From Fimbriosthenelais zetlandica (taxonomy: Eukaryota), in NCBI GenBank assembly GCA_977030845.1, contig OZ365115.1:7378001-7442000 (forward strand): a stretch of DNA of 64,000 bases, written 5' to 3'. The notes below the pieces were generated by a model. That model had not been told where the DNA came from, did no database searches, and worked only from the letters and a program-made list of their open reading frames with translations. This document shows, one piece after another, positions 37,730 through 48,903 of this stretch (position 1 is its first letter; each line of letters begins with the position of its first letter). Position numbers and translations under genes: made by a program.

Positions 37730-40700
37730 GTAAGTGGCTGGCACCAATGTCTGCGTTTATTGATTTACAAAGGTTTTGTTTTTTCCTCTACTGAATCTGA
37801 TGCTGCGTCCAGACTACGAACCTGTGCCCTGAGAGTTTGTGGGAAATCAATTAAGAACACCCAATAGGTTTTAACAGATCATCAATGACTGGGAAAAATC
37901 AATCAACAATGAAAAGTTGGCCCCAAGTCACAGCGATAAATTATCATGGACCCTCATTGTCCTGAAGGACGCATCAATAGGGCTGTCATTGTTCAGTCCA
38001 CATCAATGACCCCGAAATTATCAATGATCCATTTGATGATGAAAATATGGCCAACTCAATTAGCAATTCAAAAGTTGGCCGATAAAATACAAACAGAATT
38101 CATTGACTCCAGCATTCATCAGCTTGGCGGTGTTAAATATAAATGATCCATTGATGAAGAATCGTTGAACTGATGGAGAAAAATGTAGCTGTAGGTGACT
38201 GGCACTGAGATGTTGCGAGAGAAAGCTTTATATCAGGATCGGCCATTTTGCCAGATTTTTAATATATTGCAGAATAATAGAGGTTATCCAGGCATCATTG
38301 GTGCTCACAGAGCGCGAAGACATAAGCCAGCTTCCCAGTATTTGTCAGACTCAGCCATTTAACTATAAATGATTTTCCAACTGGGACTACACCACTTTGT
38401 CACTACCCATAGAAATAAGCCATACATTGAACACTCAGAACCTATAACAGTGGTAAATGGTTAGTCTGAATGAGACTCATTACGTTTTCTTTCATGGCTA
38501 TAATGTGTGTGTGGACTTTCTCATAGATAGCATAGATCCCTATCAGTTAATGATAAATATGAATTCATGTTGGAACTTTGGACTAGCAGAATCTCGTCAT
38601 GTTCGGATATTTCCGGTCGAAGATTCAGAGTCTCCCTTATTGGGTGTTTGCTTTCAGATCATCCATATTTTATGAGCTGTACTAAATGGCACGATGATGC
38701 TGTTCTATCCAAGTGAATAAGGAAATGTGCCTATTGAATAAAACCTGTCATTTTGTATAGGAGTGAGGGAGGATACTCGTACAGAGTGGTGCGCTCCACT
38801 GAGCCTCATCTAGGTAGGTGAGATGTCAGGTGTAACAAATTCAATGATGCATGGCGTCTGATGCACTAGTTATGGATGACCGATGATACAGGAAACCAAT
38901 AATGGTCAATACTCGAGCCAGGACCATAAAGGTGTACCTCTCGATTATGAATACTCTTGTCCCTAACTTCAGCTCTTCATCGGTTCGTCTTCGTGCTGCT
39001 CTTATCTTTGGATCCTTTGTGTGATACTCAGTAATAATTAAGTAGCTACCTGGAATGCTTCATGAGGGTCTGATATATATTTAGATGGACATCTACCATC
39101 CTCTAGTTAGTAGTTATATCTATCAGGCAGAAATTATGGACTGTGTCTTGTTGGTGGTAAACTTATATTGTTTCTCTTTCTAATTTGAAGCAAGTGACGG
39201 CACAATACTAACGTACACTATTCTGATTCCAAGGATGGTTGTCTCATTGGACTCAGCTGGATCACAATTTGCCTGGGGCCATGGCCTCCAATAACCTTCA
39301 ATGATCTAGAACTTATGTGCTGCATCGTGAATGATCTACTTTCTCACTTTACTGCCTGCACTCAAAGTGTATTATAAATATCATTTTAAGTGTCTTCATG
39401 GGACACAAATTACATGAAACCGCTTTACTTTAGTTTCACTCGAGGGACAATGGCATTTCAACTGCGCATGGACTTACTGATGTCTCTTATCTTGGTCAGA
39501 AACAAGTCCTTTCTTGAATCGATACAACGTGAGATTGGCTGTATTGGTCGTTTTCATTAGTCCGATTCTTAACACTACATTAAATTCCCTTCCTATATTC
39601 CATATCCTTCTCCTCCATAACGTCTGGTGCATGGGAATCCATCACGGGAGAAGCCAATCAGCAGTGAAAGCAAAATTGACGCTTTTTGTTAACGAGCAGT
39701 ATGCTATAGAGATGTGTTATGCATACATAAATTGGCTCGTGAATAATGTTAAAGGAGGAGGTTTATTGATGTTGAGCCATGAGTTATTGTTAATGCCATG
39801 GTGTAGGATGTAAATTATCTTGAAGCATGAGTTGTTTTAATTAGGGAATTCCGTGTGTCAGTCCACTGATGTCAGTAATGGAATGATTGCCAGCTGCATG
39901 TCAGATATGACAGCGCCAGGACTGGCAGTTTGAATGGAAGGTAACAGAGAAGTCTAGCTTTGTGTCAAGCATTTATGAAAGGATTCAAACCCAGGGGACG
40001 CAGGTCTGGTGACAGGGCCCAGAGCTGTAATTGAAGTATAGGTCAGAGGGCTTTGGACAGGATTACCGTTTAGGACTCAGGCTGAACCTGGTGGATAGCA
40101 CCAAGAGACAGTGGATAGGACACTTGGGCTTTTTGTCCTTTTAAGGTTTCAACCTTTCTAGGTCAAGTATTCTAATTTTAAGTGGTTGGGGAGTCTCACC
40201 TTGGCAATACGTCCGACCATTAGTCAGTTCAGTAAAAATTTGATGCAGTACATAGATTTTACGGAATGTCCAAAGGTGGAAATTACCCATTAGAAATTTA
40301 AATTGCAGAAATAGTATTTTTTCAAACCAAAACAACACTTTTTTCAAACCGAAACAACATTATTATTGTTGTCAATAGCTCTATGGTATTAATTACCTCA
40401 CAGATCTTTATAGATCCGTCGCAGAAGGAAAGATATCCAGAAAACCGAGGAGCCGTTTTCATCAAGATGATTAGCTCCTTCTTCAAGCCTTGGTGCAAGA
40501 TCTTTAATTGGATCGAGTAAACCATTAAAAGCTTCATTAGCTTCTATTGGCAATTTCACAGGGAAGTGGTAGTGCCCCACCCTGTCCAATGGGGGAAGTT
40601 GTGAAGCTTTCTTAATAGTAGCGGGTTTTCAACGGTTAGAGCAGGATCTTCAGTCTTAGACTGAGGAGAGCTTACTGGTGAAGTCAAGTTTAAAATCTGC

Positions 40701-41812
40701 TCCCCCAGTCATTTCATCAGAGACAGTCATATTATTGATGGGCGAATACTTCACTCTCAACCTCCCTCTGGAATTGAAAGCTTTTGCAAAGTGGTTTACT
40801 TCACTTAGCATAATGATTCAACATTTCTCTGAGCTGCACTATTCAATATGCCTGAAGAGGCAGGCAGGGAAAGAAAAGACGTGGAAAAAGTGTCCTCTAA
40901 TGGAGTGCCATAAAGTTAATAGATAACTATAGTTGAAAGTTTTAAAGGATTATGATTTATGATTTACTTTGAAACTTATGTTTGAACACGTAGCAATGAA
41001 CATTACTCCCAAAGGGCCCTGAAAGAAATATGAGGGGCGAATTTTGGACCTCCCTCACTCATTCCCCTCCAACAGTTCATTGATCTTGGATCCATCACGA
41101 AATGACAATTTTAGAGAGAAAGCCAATGATGGATGGACTTCCCAAACAAAATTAATTTCCTTCAATTCGATGATTCCAAACACCTTTTAAGATTTGATTC
41201 TGGTCATTTCCGCTGCCAATATACACAAATGTCAATACATTGACAATATGTCAAAGTTTGTTCTGCTTGCTGTCGTTTGACAGACTCCCTTTTCCAGACC
41301 TGACCTCCACTTATCTCTTAGCACAGGCTTTAAAATGGGACTGCTTACAATGTCCCTCTGTTAGTTCAGAGGGATGAAACACATTATTGGGTATAGTATT
41401 TATATATTAGTATAAAACTTTATAAGCAATTCTCTGTGTTTTCAATTAGGAATCACATTTGAACAATCATTTTATATATGAATCAGGATGGATTAGTTTT
41501 TTCACTCTAATGAAAGATGAAAAAACCAGAGCTCCCATTTCTCATGGTATGGCATACTTAATTTAATGTTCCCTATGCGATACAAAAACAGACTCATTTC
41601 CCATTAAGGAGACAGAAAAAAAAGATGATTAAAATTGATTCATGAGTTCCTAGGAGACAAAAACTCCCCTCGTTTCTTATTAAGAATTAGAGGGAAAGTT
41701 TAATGTAAAAATGGTTCGAGATGATTAAGTGTATATGGTAAATAATCTTCTGGAGGAAGATTAAGCTGTTTGAGGAAATTATTCACGTGTATGAAAGATT
41801 GGAGCGACTTAC

Positions 41813-42044
41813 CTTTGATTCTCTGGCCAGGACTGTATGTGGTAGCTTCCTCCACTACCAGGTTGTAAGGACTGGTTGACGTGTCTTGTGGGGCTGCCCT
41901 ATGGTTGGGCAGCATACTATCACAGGCTTGGTGCGGGGGTCCATGTGGGTACATCCGTGACCCCAAGGGTAAACTTAATGTCAAGAGAAATGTTAAGGTC
42001 ATCCTATACGTGCTACTCACGACATTTGGAAGTGATCCCCGCAT
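41813..42044 (-). CDS. Reeler-domain secreted protein, first coding exon (signal peptide + Reeler N-terminus)
   Basis: Translation MRGSLPNVVSSTYRMTLTFLLTLSLPLGSRM-YPHGPPHQACDSMLPNHRAAPQDTSTSPYNLVVEEATTYSPGQRIK matches the Reeler N-terminal pattern YPxGxPxxACxxMxPxH...PQ...PY...YxPG. It ends at a consensus donor AAAG|GTAAGT (phase 1). A pyrimidine-rich acceptor (ttttctcattag) at 42050-42051 means the exon starts at 42049. The start Met is either 42044 or 42002. Confidence 0.9.
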
Positions 42045-42397
42045 TGAATCTAATGAGAAAAGGCTGGAAAATGAAGAGGTTGCCATCTTGTCTGTTGGCA
42101 TGGGTGGAAACTGTTTCGTCCTGTCTGGTGAAGGGGTGGGGGGATTTCACATGTTTTGAGGGCACACAATACTGCTGAGCATGGGCTTTGAACTGGAGGC
42201 GGTCAAGATCAAAACCTTAGTTTATCGCAAACCTCGCTTCAATGCTTCACCCATCATCAACAAGTCGTGCTGCAATTTGTGAGAGACCTGTGGGCCCTGC
42301 CCAGGGAATTGAAGCATAAAAATGGAGGCTTCCAATCCTCTTAGGCGAGGCAGATTTATCCCCTTTTTTATAATTTGATCCTGTATGGGGAAATATG

Positions 42398-42831
42398 GTA
42401 ACTATGGTAACGACGGGTGGTCGTTACTCCAGCCTGGGAGGACGGCTGAGCTCCTTCCCAGGCTGCATTGCTCCATTAAGCTATTATATCTGTGTTTGAC
42501 ACACAAGCAGGGGAGTAACCTGGGACAGCCGCATGTTATAAATAAGCTCTTATTTTTTTAACTACACTCACAGGACAATCTCCGCCAATCAAATAACAGT
42601 TTTTCACTCCGGCACTCCCATTTTTTGCTACTTTTATCAGAACTCACTGAGTAAACAGGAATGGAAATGTCCTTTTATCCATCAGTGATGCTCAATTCCA
42701 ATGCGAGGCAAACCTCCTGGCGTCTACCTTCCATTGACCAATCACTGAGCAGCAGGGCATTGTGGGAGGAAGCAATTGTGTCGGTGGTGGATGGTTGTAT
42801 CAATAGTTATAGTCGCCATGGTAACCAATCA
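42398..42831 (-). promoter_or_regulatory. Probable promoter / 5' region of the Reeler gene
   Basis: X-box-like GTCGCCATGGTAAC (42812-42825) and GTAACTATGGTAAC (42398-42411). CCAATCA at 42585, 42738 and 42825. Minus-strand GTGAGT donors at 42571 and 42647 could end a non-coding first exon spliced to the 42050 acceptor. Confidence 0.5.
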
Positions 42832-42999
42832 TATACTCCTTCTGCTGACCTCATGTGTGCTGGACCTGTAAATATAGATAGAGAACAGTTTATAGGTGAC
42901 TGATGGAATATAGGTATGGATAACAATTCACGTACAAGAGGCTCTCATAACAAATGCAATCCCGTTCATACATCTCAATTCAGTCATCTCACCCACTTT

Positions 43000-43850
43000 C
43001 GGAGGCCCCCTTTATTTCTGACAGGGTTAAGAACCGAAACGACAAAGTGGAAAAGAATTGACAGTGTGATTGAAGAAGGAAATGGTTTGATAAAGCTCAG
43101 CACATAACTGAAATTTGTGTCAGTATCAAGGCTGAGGAAGGTCATGGCAGTATTTACATACCATGCAATGACCTTGTCATTGAAGTCTCTGACAGGGTGA
43201 GCGAGGCAATGCCCAATCCTCAGATTCATTTATCTACCCAGTTCACCATTAGTATTAGTTTCATCTGATGGGGGTCCCCTCATTTTCGACATATCGACAT
43301 GATGTCTTTGAACTTCTCTTCTGATTTTCGGATTGACACTTTTCACAATACTGCCAACAGTTACAACCCCTTAATGGAAATGGATATTTCCAAATGAAGG
43401 AGTAGCTTGACACAATTGCTTTATCAGTGCATCCTCCAAAATCTCACCTTTTGGTCAAAGTTTACCTCTTCTGGAGGTCACTTGTTTTCATGGTTAATTT
43501 GCTGTTCAAGGCGTTGCCTTTTCAACACCTGCCCCCTCCACTACTGATGTCAGTGGGAGAAACACCTGCCTCGCTCTCCATCATTTTTTATTTCTCTGCC
43601 TGTCTCATGATGTGGAGAGACTATTGGATTCCAGCACCTCTTTATTGCTGCTTGGTAAGGGCTTTCCCGCCCATTGTGACAGAGCCACACATGCACGCTT
43701 CCACCTCTACCATACGATATGCTATAAAAGTGCCACAGACCTGTTGTACATTAGTTAAAGAATGGCCAAACGTTTGCCATAGAAATCAAGTTTGTCTGCC
43801 TATTTGCTTCATTGTAAATGGCAAATGTTCGTTCTTCACATCTGCAATTC
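43000..43850 (-). mobile_element. CR1/L2-like LINE RT relic
   Basis: In order: LDF (LDFSKAFD), ISYGRGGSVHVWL..GR (YGIRG.V..W+..L..R), SDET (ADDT), RDFNDKVIAWYVNTAMTF (DL+.+..W...M.FN). Stops and frameshifts throughout. Confidence 0.45.
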
Positions 43851-44199
43851 TAGGCTTGTATCATGGATTGTATACTGAACCAAGAACTGTATCAGTGGGG
43901 AAAAAGTATAAATTTGGTCAAGGCTATGCAAAACTTGAAGCGTCTAAAGTGCACTGTGAAAATAGCTATCTGGACCTATATCGCCCAGTTTATATTGCCT
44001 TGTATGTTTTCTATATATAGTTGAAGTATGAGCGACTCTTGTTCATAGTTGGACGTTAATTTACATGTGGCATGTTCATGCCAAATCTGGTAGTCATGAG
44101 ATGTGACCATTTGCAGATCACTTACTCCGACACTGCCTCCTAGCTGTGATATAGTGGCTGATGAAGGGAGGTGGTGATGCCCGAGATTAAGTGGGAGAA

Positions 44200-44600
44200 A
44201 TGAGGAGAAGGGGAAGAGAACAACTTCTTGCATGGGTGAAAATAGAAGATGATGAGGGCCTGGATGAAACTGTGGAAGGAAGTAGACTTAAGAAGATCCT
44301 GAAGCTGAAGATAACAGAAAAGACAAGTGAACGAGTCAACAAGATTACAACAGACAAAACATTGGATGAGGAGGAAGACCACAATGAGACGAGAGACTTG
44401 AGAAACTCAAGAATATAGACAAGGGACAAGAGAACGATGTAGAAAGAAGTTACAAACAAGAATGTAGCGAAAGGAGATGCATGTCAGTAAAGCAGGGAAT
44501 ACTTGATGGACGAGGACCAGTCGTGTTTGTAGGAATAAAGAAGGCTTGTCTGAAAGGAAACTTGGAGGGAGAACATGACGAATCAGGAAGAACGGAAATA
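44200..44600 (+). mobile_element. Possible gypsy pol C-terminal relic (purine-rich)
   Basis: QLL...LD, KGD and GILDGRGPVVFV resemble the post-integrase LL+GR..LD / GD.V / G...GPV.Y.V series. Confidence 0.25.
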
Positions 44601-45065
44601 GTGAAGCACGGAAAGGAGGTGGTGGAGCAGGAAACTGGAGGTTTGCTGGGTACATGGGTTCATAAGGCACAACCCTATAGCACCTCCACCCAGCCCCCAC
44701 CCCCACCATTCCACCCCACAACCCCCATTAATCCCCCAACCCCCATCACCATCATCAGCACCTACCACCTTCTACAGCCAAAGCTAAGATTGCTTCCTCC
44801 TCTACAACTCCTGACCTCAATAGTTATTGACAGGTTCTCTACGAGACCTGCATATTTCCACCACGCCTCTTAACACTGGATTATTACAAGGCCCTTTAAA
44901 GGCTCCACTGAGAGGGTGAGACTGAGTGAAGCTCCACATCCCTTCAATGCCATGCAGCATGCCATCATCAGGGAACAATAAAACACTCTGACAGGTCATG
45001 GGAGCTTTCTTCATTTAGGCAGAAACCAAGCGAAAGTTTTAAATGTGATTTCCGCAAAACAAATT

Positions 45066-45114
45066 CTGAATATTATCAAACATACCCTGAATATTATCAA
45101 ACATACCCTGAATA
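45066..45114. repeat. 21-bp tandem repeat, about 2.3 copies
   Basis: CTGAATATTATCAAACATACC at 45066 and 45087, partial at 45108. Confidence 0.9.
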
Positions 45115-45979
45115 TGTTCCAATTGAGATATGTACTTTCTGAGAAAAAATCAGAAAAAATACCCATATAGGTTGGGATCGAAGATAAATTCATTCATTAA
45201 GGATTTTCACAAAAAGCCAGGTATTCATGTTTGACCTAATTCTTTTGGGCTCCTAGAAAAAAAATAAAACATGCATGTCTCGCAGGAAAACATTGATTTG
45301 TGTCTTCCAAGAAGGAAGGAAAGAAAGAAAGGCATGCCTTCAAAGTGTATTTCCGAATTTGGACACTGCCATCAATCTGGAGTAATTTGAATGGAAATTA
45401 GTGTAATTTATAGTCAAAAAATGCCTGCTGGAACTCCTCATCCCACTCTGTCAATTCCATTTCTTCCTGCCATGTAAATATACGATGGGATTTTAGCGTC
45501 TGAAGCGTGTTTGAAAAGGTTTTAGAGGGGAATCATTCAGATTTCAAAGAACTCTTCTGAAGCTTTTCCAATCTTCCCACTGACAATTCCTGCAGCCATT
45601 GTCGTAAACATAAGAACGTTACTGAAAATAAGACTTATGCCGACAGTGCATTGCTCGTAAAAGATTTTCACTGTTTCCAAGTGTTAACATTTACATGATC
45701 GTGCTCTCTCTTTCTTTTCTTTGTTGCTTGAGCAGGAAGTAGAAAACCGATTAAGAAATACTTTTCACATTCCTTCAGCTTCATCCAATACAGAATAACT
45801 GTCCAGGCTCAGTTGAGGTGAAACATGGAAGAATATCTATAGATGTAAATGAGCTTCTGTCATAATCCTGTCCATGTTCATATTCGCCATGCACCTGTCC
45901 AATTATCAGACTATCTTACAAATATCAATTCCACAAGCGCAATAGGATCTCCCCGACGCCATAGTTCCTAATTTCATTA

Positions 45980-46630
45980 ACTCGTCTTTTTCGCAAGATG
46001 CTTTAGTCGTAAAGCCTATTACACGAATCCCATTATTGAATATATCATCAAAGGCATTTTTGTTAGTTCCCATTTTTGCCAGATTCTCTGTTGATGTGGC
46101 TTAGACCATTTTGCAACCATTGGCCATAAACATTCGTGTTACAGTTTTGTGTGTGTATTGCGAAATGCAATATATATGACTGAACCAGTGGGAGCTGACC
46201 TGGGTATTTTTTGTCTGGGGATTGTTTTCATGATGGCCGGGGTGTCTGTGTGTCTCTGTATACATGGCGTGACTAGTCGGGTATGGAGGATGATATGGAT
46301 CTTGGGACTTGATCATACATCAGGATGACAGAGATGTATATCTTTTCATTAGGTTTGCTCCTGACTTGGCAATGTACCTTCCACAGTGGCTTCTATTATA
46401 AAGGCAGGCAGACGAGAATACAAAAAGCCTTCCACAGGATTTTGCTCCCAAAATTCCAGTGCTGTATTGGAAAAACAGCTTATAAATGGAGTAAGAAATC
46501 TTTGAAAAAATATATTAAAAATCTGAGTAATACTTCTTGTCCGCTCACACTTGATGACATTTGTTCCCAGGTTGCCATCAGGGTATTTTGGGGGTTAAAT
46601 CCCTTTGTGGCAAATTGGGCACTGATCTGG
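45980..46630 (+). mobile_element. CR1/L2-like LINE RT relic
   Basis: RIPLLNISSKAF (RPISLL...K), then RIQKAFHRILLPKF..GKTAYKW..SL...NTSCPLTLDDICSQ..WGLNPF (D+QKAFD..ILL.KL..G.A..W..SYL...S..L...GVPQGS+LGP.LF). Confidence 0.5.
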
Positions 46631-48855
46631 GAGAGACCGTTCGTGACTGGGCGATAATCGGGAGGATTGAGTGCATTTGAAGCAGGGAGGACATGTCACA
46701 GAGTGGGTGGCCTAATGAGGCAAGCTAAACAGTGCAGACAACCCAGAAATATGTGACTTTCATACAATGGAAAATAGCAGCACATAATGTAACTGAATAT
46801 CTTCAGGATTCTTTTTAAAACTAAGTTTTTAAAAAAACTAGCAAGCATAAAATCAAGTAAGTTCTAAAAATGCCAGCAACTGTTGCATCAGCAAAAATGC
46901 GAATTATGAAAAGATGAGTCAAAAGTCCTCTCAAAAATCCTTTTTCGGTCTGTTACGTATGCTAATCCTTATTAACAGCCTTTGAACAGTGCATTTAAGT
47001 GGCTGAGGAATGTATTTTTACTTTGTCTCTCAAATTAAGTCTTTGAACGTGGTTTTTGTTGAAGCACTGTTCTTTCAGTGCAGCTCACTAAGCACCTCAA
47101 GCCAATCCCATTCGCACCAGCCTAAGCAATCAGTGGAAGGCGTTGGGAGGAAGATTTGTACATTCAGTATCCCTGCCTCCCCACACTAGGACCTGTGGTC
47201 CTGTTGAACACTCTTGCTAGCTTGGATCTACACCCACCTCACCCCCGTGCTCTTTTTTAACAAAAGAGTTGAGTTTGCTGAAGGATTCTCTCAGTGACAG
47301 AGTGGTATAGAATCTTACAGTCCACAGTTTGTGGATGCTGACTTGCGGGGTGTTTATCGGTCTGCTGCAGGAAGAGGCGGTGAGGGGTGGTCGTAATTAA
47401 CTAAAGCCTGGCCATGGTCAGAGTAAGGAGGAAGGAGGAGGGAAGGCCCTCCAAAAGGGACTTAAAGGGCGTGAGTCTTGATAGCTGCTGACTGGGCCTT
47501 GAGCTGACAGCAAGGACAGGACTAATGAGACTTAAGATAAGGACAAGAACAAACTATAATAAAAGTTGGGAAGGAAGAAAGCCGGCACTTGGGAAGAGAG
47601 AGAAGCTTTTGAACCCTCGCTTTGATGCCCAAGTGTGGCCCAAGCTTGTAACGTCTCCCTGGAAAACACGACTGACCATTTTGGCGCCATACTTCCCTGC
47701 CCCCAATCTTTGCTTCCAAACCAAGCAATTGTACCCTTTATGGTCCAGAACAATCAGAGATGCCAATGATTTCCTCCGTTTGCATGTTAGGAATTGACAG
47801 AGAGAGATGAAGAATAGAAAGTTATTCCTGAAAGATGTAGAATCTCAATGTTGCATGTCCGGGGTTGTGTGAACATTCGCCTTTCAAAAGTCTAAGTAAA
47901 AAGCTTGACAATGGCAGGTGCACTCTGTCAATGTAAGTGATAGAAAGGTAAAGAAAGCGCATGAAGATGCTGACAGGCAAATTCCCTTAATAAGCTACTT
48001 CCTCCATCTGCCAGTTTCAAGGTAATTGACATTTAAGCAATCCGTTGCTATTGGAAAATGTCTGTCCTCTGGAGCTGTCCACTTAAACTTTTGCACTTGG
48101 TCATCCCAAGCAAAATTTGGTTTTTCTTACAGGAGTGAAAGATAGCTATTCAATTTATTTTTGAGTTTCAATGGCCATTGTTTTAAGAGTGCATTAAGTG
48201 CTGATATTCCTGATCAAGGTCCTTTTCTCGAGATCCAGGCCTTCATTTCCTGTCCTGAGAAAGCGTAGACCTGCCTACATCTAATATATAAAGGGGACTT
48301 ATTACAGCCACAGAATTTATATCAAAATAAAATTGAAAGTGAAGGAGAAAAAAGAGTTAATACCGCGATGTTAAGTATAGTGATTACACTGGAGATGCAT
48401 CCACTCACCACGCCCCTCCCCTGTGAATTTGCTGGCACAGCTGTACTTGCAGCTTGAGTGCTTGTATTTTACAGCCCACAGGCTTTACTGGGTCTACACT
48501 GCACTACAGGCGGAGTGAGTGAGTGTGGCTGAGGGGAGCAGCTCCTCGTCTTGACGGGGGTGGGGACGAGGCTTCGTGTTTCTTAGTTTGTCTCAATGGG
48601 TATTGACACATGCTCGCATGATGGTAGCAGATGCCTCTAATAAGCATGTCAAGCCTGAACCCATCCAAGTAGACCTATCACTGATGAGTGCTGGCGGATC
48701 GGGTGGGTGGTGGGTGGGATGTATAGGTATACAAGAAAATAGGTGTCAAAGTGTGCAACTATAAGATGATTGCTTGGTAGTTCATAAACCCGTCATTGAT
48801 AGAATGATATAATATTAGTAATTTTTTTCGTAAATGTATATTTTAAACATTAAAG

Positions 48856-48903
48856 ATGCAGTGGGAATCACATGCAGTGGGAATCACATGCAGTTGGAAT
48901 CAC
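48856..48903. repeat. 16-bp tandem repeat, 3 copies
   Basis: ATGCAGTGGGAATCAC x3, one mismatch. Confidence 0.9.

Larger units (their letters stand above)
994..41812 (-). other. 40,819-bp GT-AG phase-1 intron of the Reeler gene
   Basis: The flanking exons give a continuous Reeler domain (..PGQRIK-V-SIQGTPF..) with compatible phase. I found no other Reeler N-terminal exon nearer by eye. Confidence 0.82.

Noticed and set aside
39960-40040. tRNA or tRNA-derived SINE (minus-strand B-box GGGTTTGAATCC at 39981-39992)
   Set aside because: No convincing A box or cloverleaf. At most an old SINE remnant.
40397-40543. 147-nt minus-strand exon candidate with GAG|GTAATT donor
   Set aside because: Phase 0 is incompatible with the phase-1 Reeler intron, the acceptor is poor, and no family is recognised.
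41700-42101. 133-aa ORF as a single-exon gene
   Set aside because: Its first 17 codons lie upstream of an acceptor and its tail reads through a consensus donor. Only 41813-42049 is exonic.
43427-44020. Longest ORF in the track (197 aa, plus strand)
   Set aside because: No recognisable domain. It is the antisense shadow of a LINE RT relic on the minus strand.
45920-46087. Minus-strand phase-1 exon candidate with a vWA-like GIRVIGF...ELMKLGTMASG
   Set aside because: The acceptor is weak, and the opposite strand carries LINE RT motifs that continue colinearly, which explains the sequence better.
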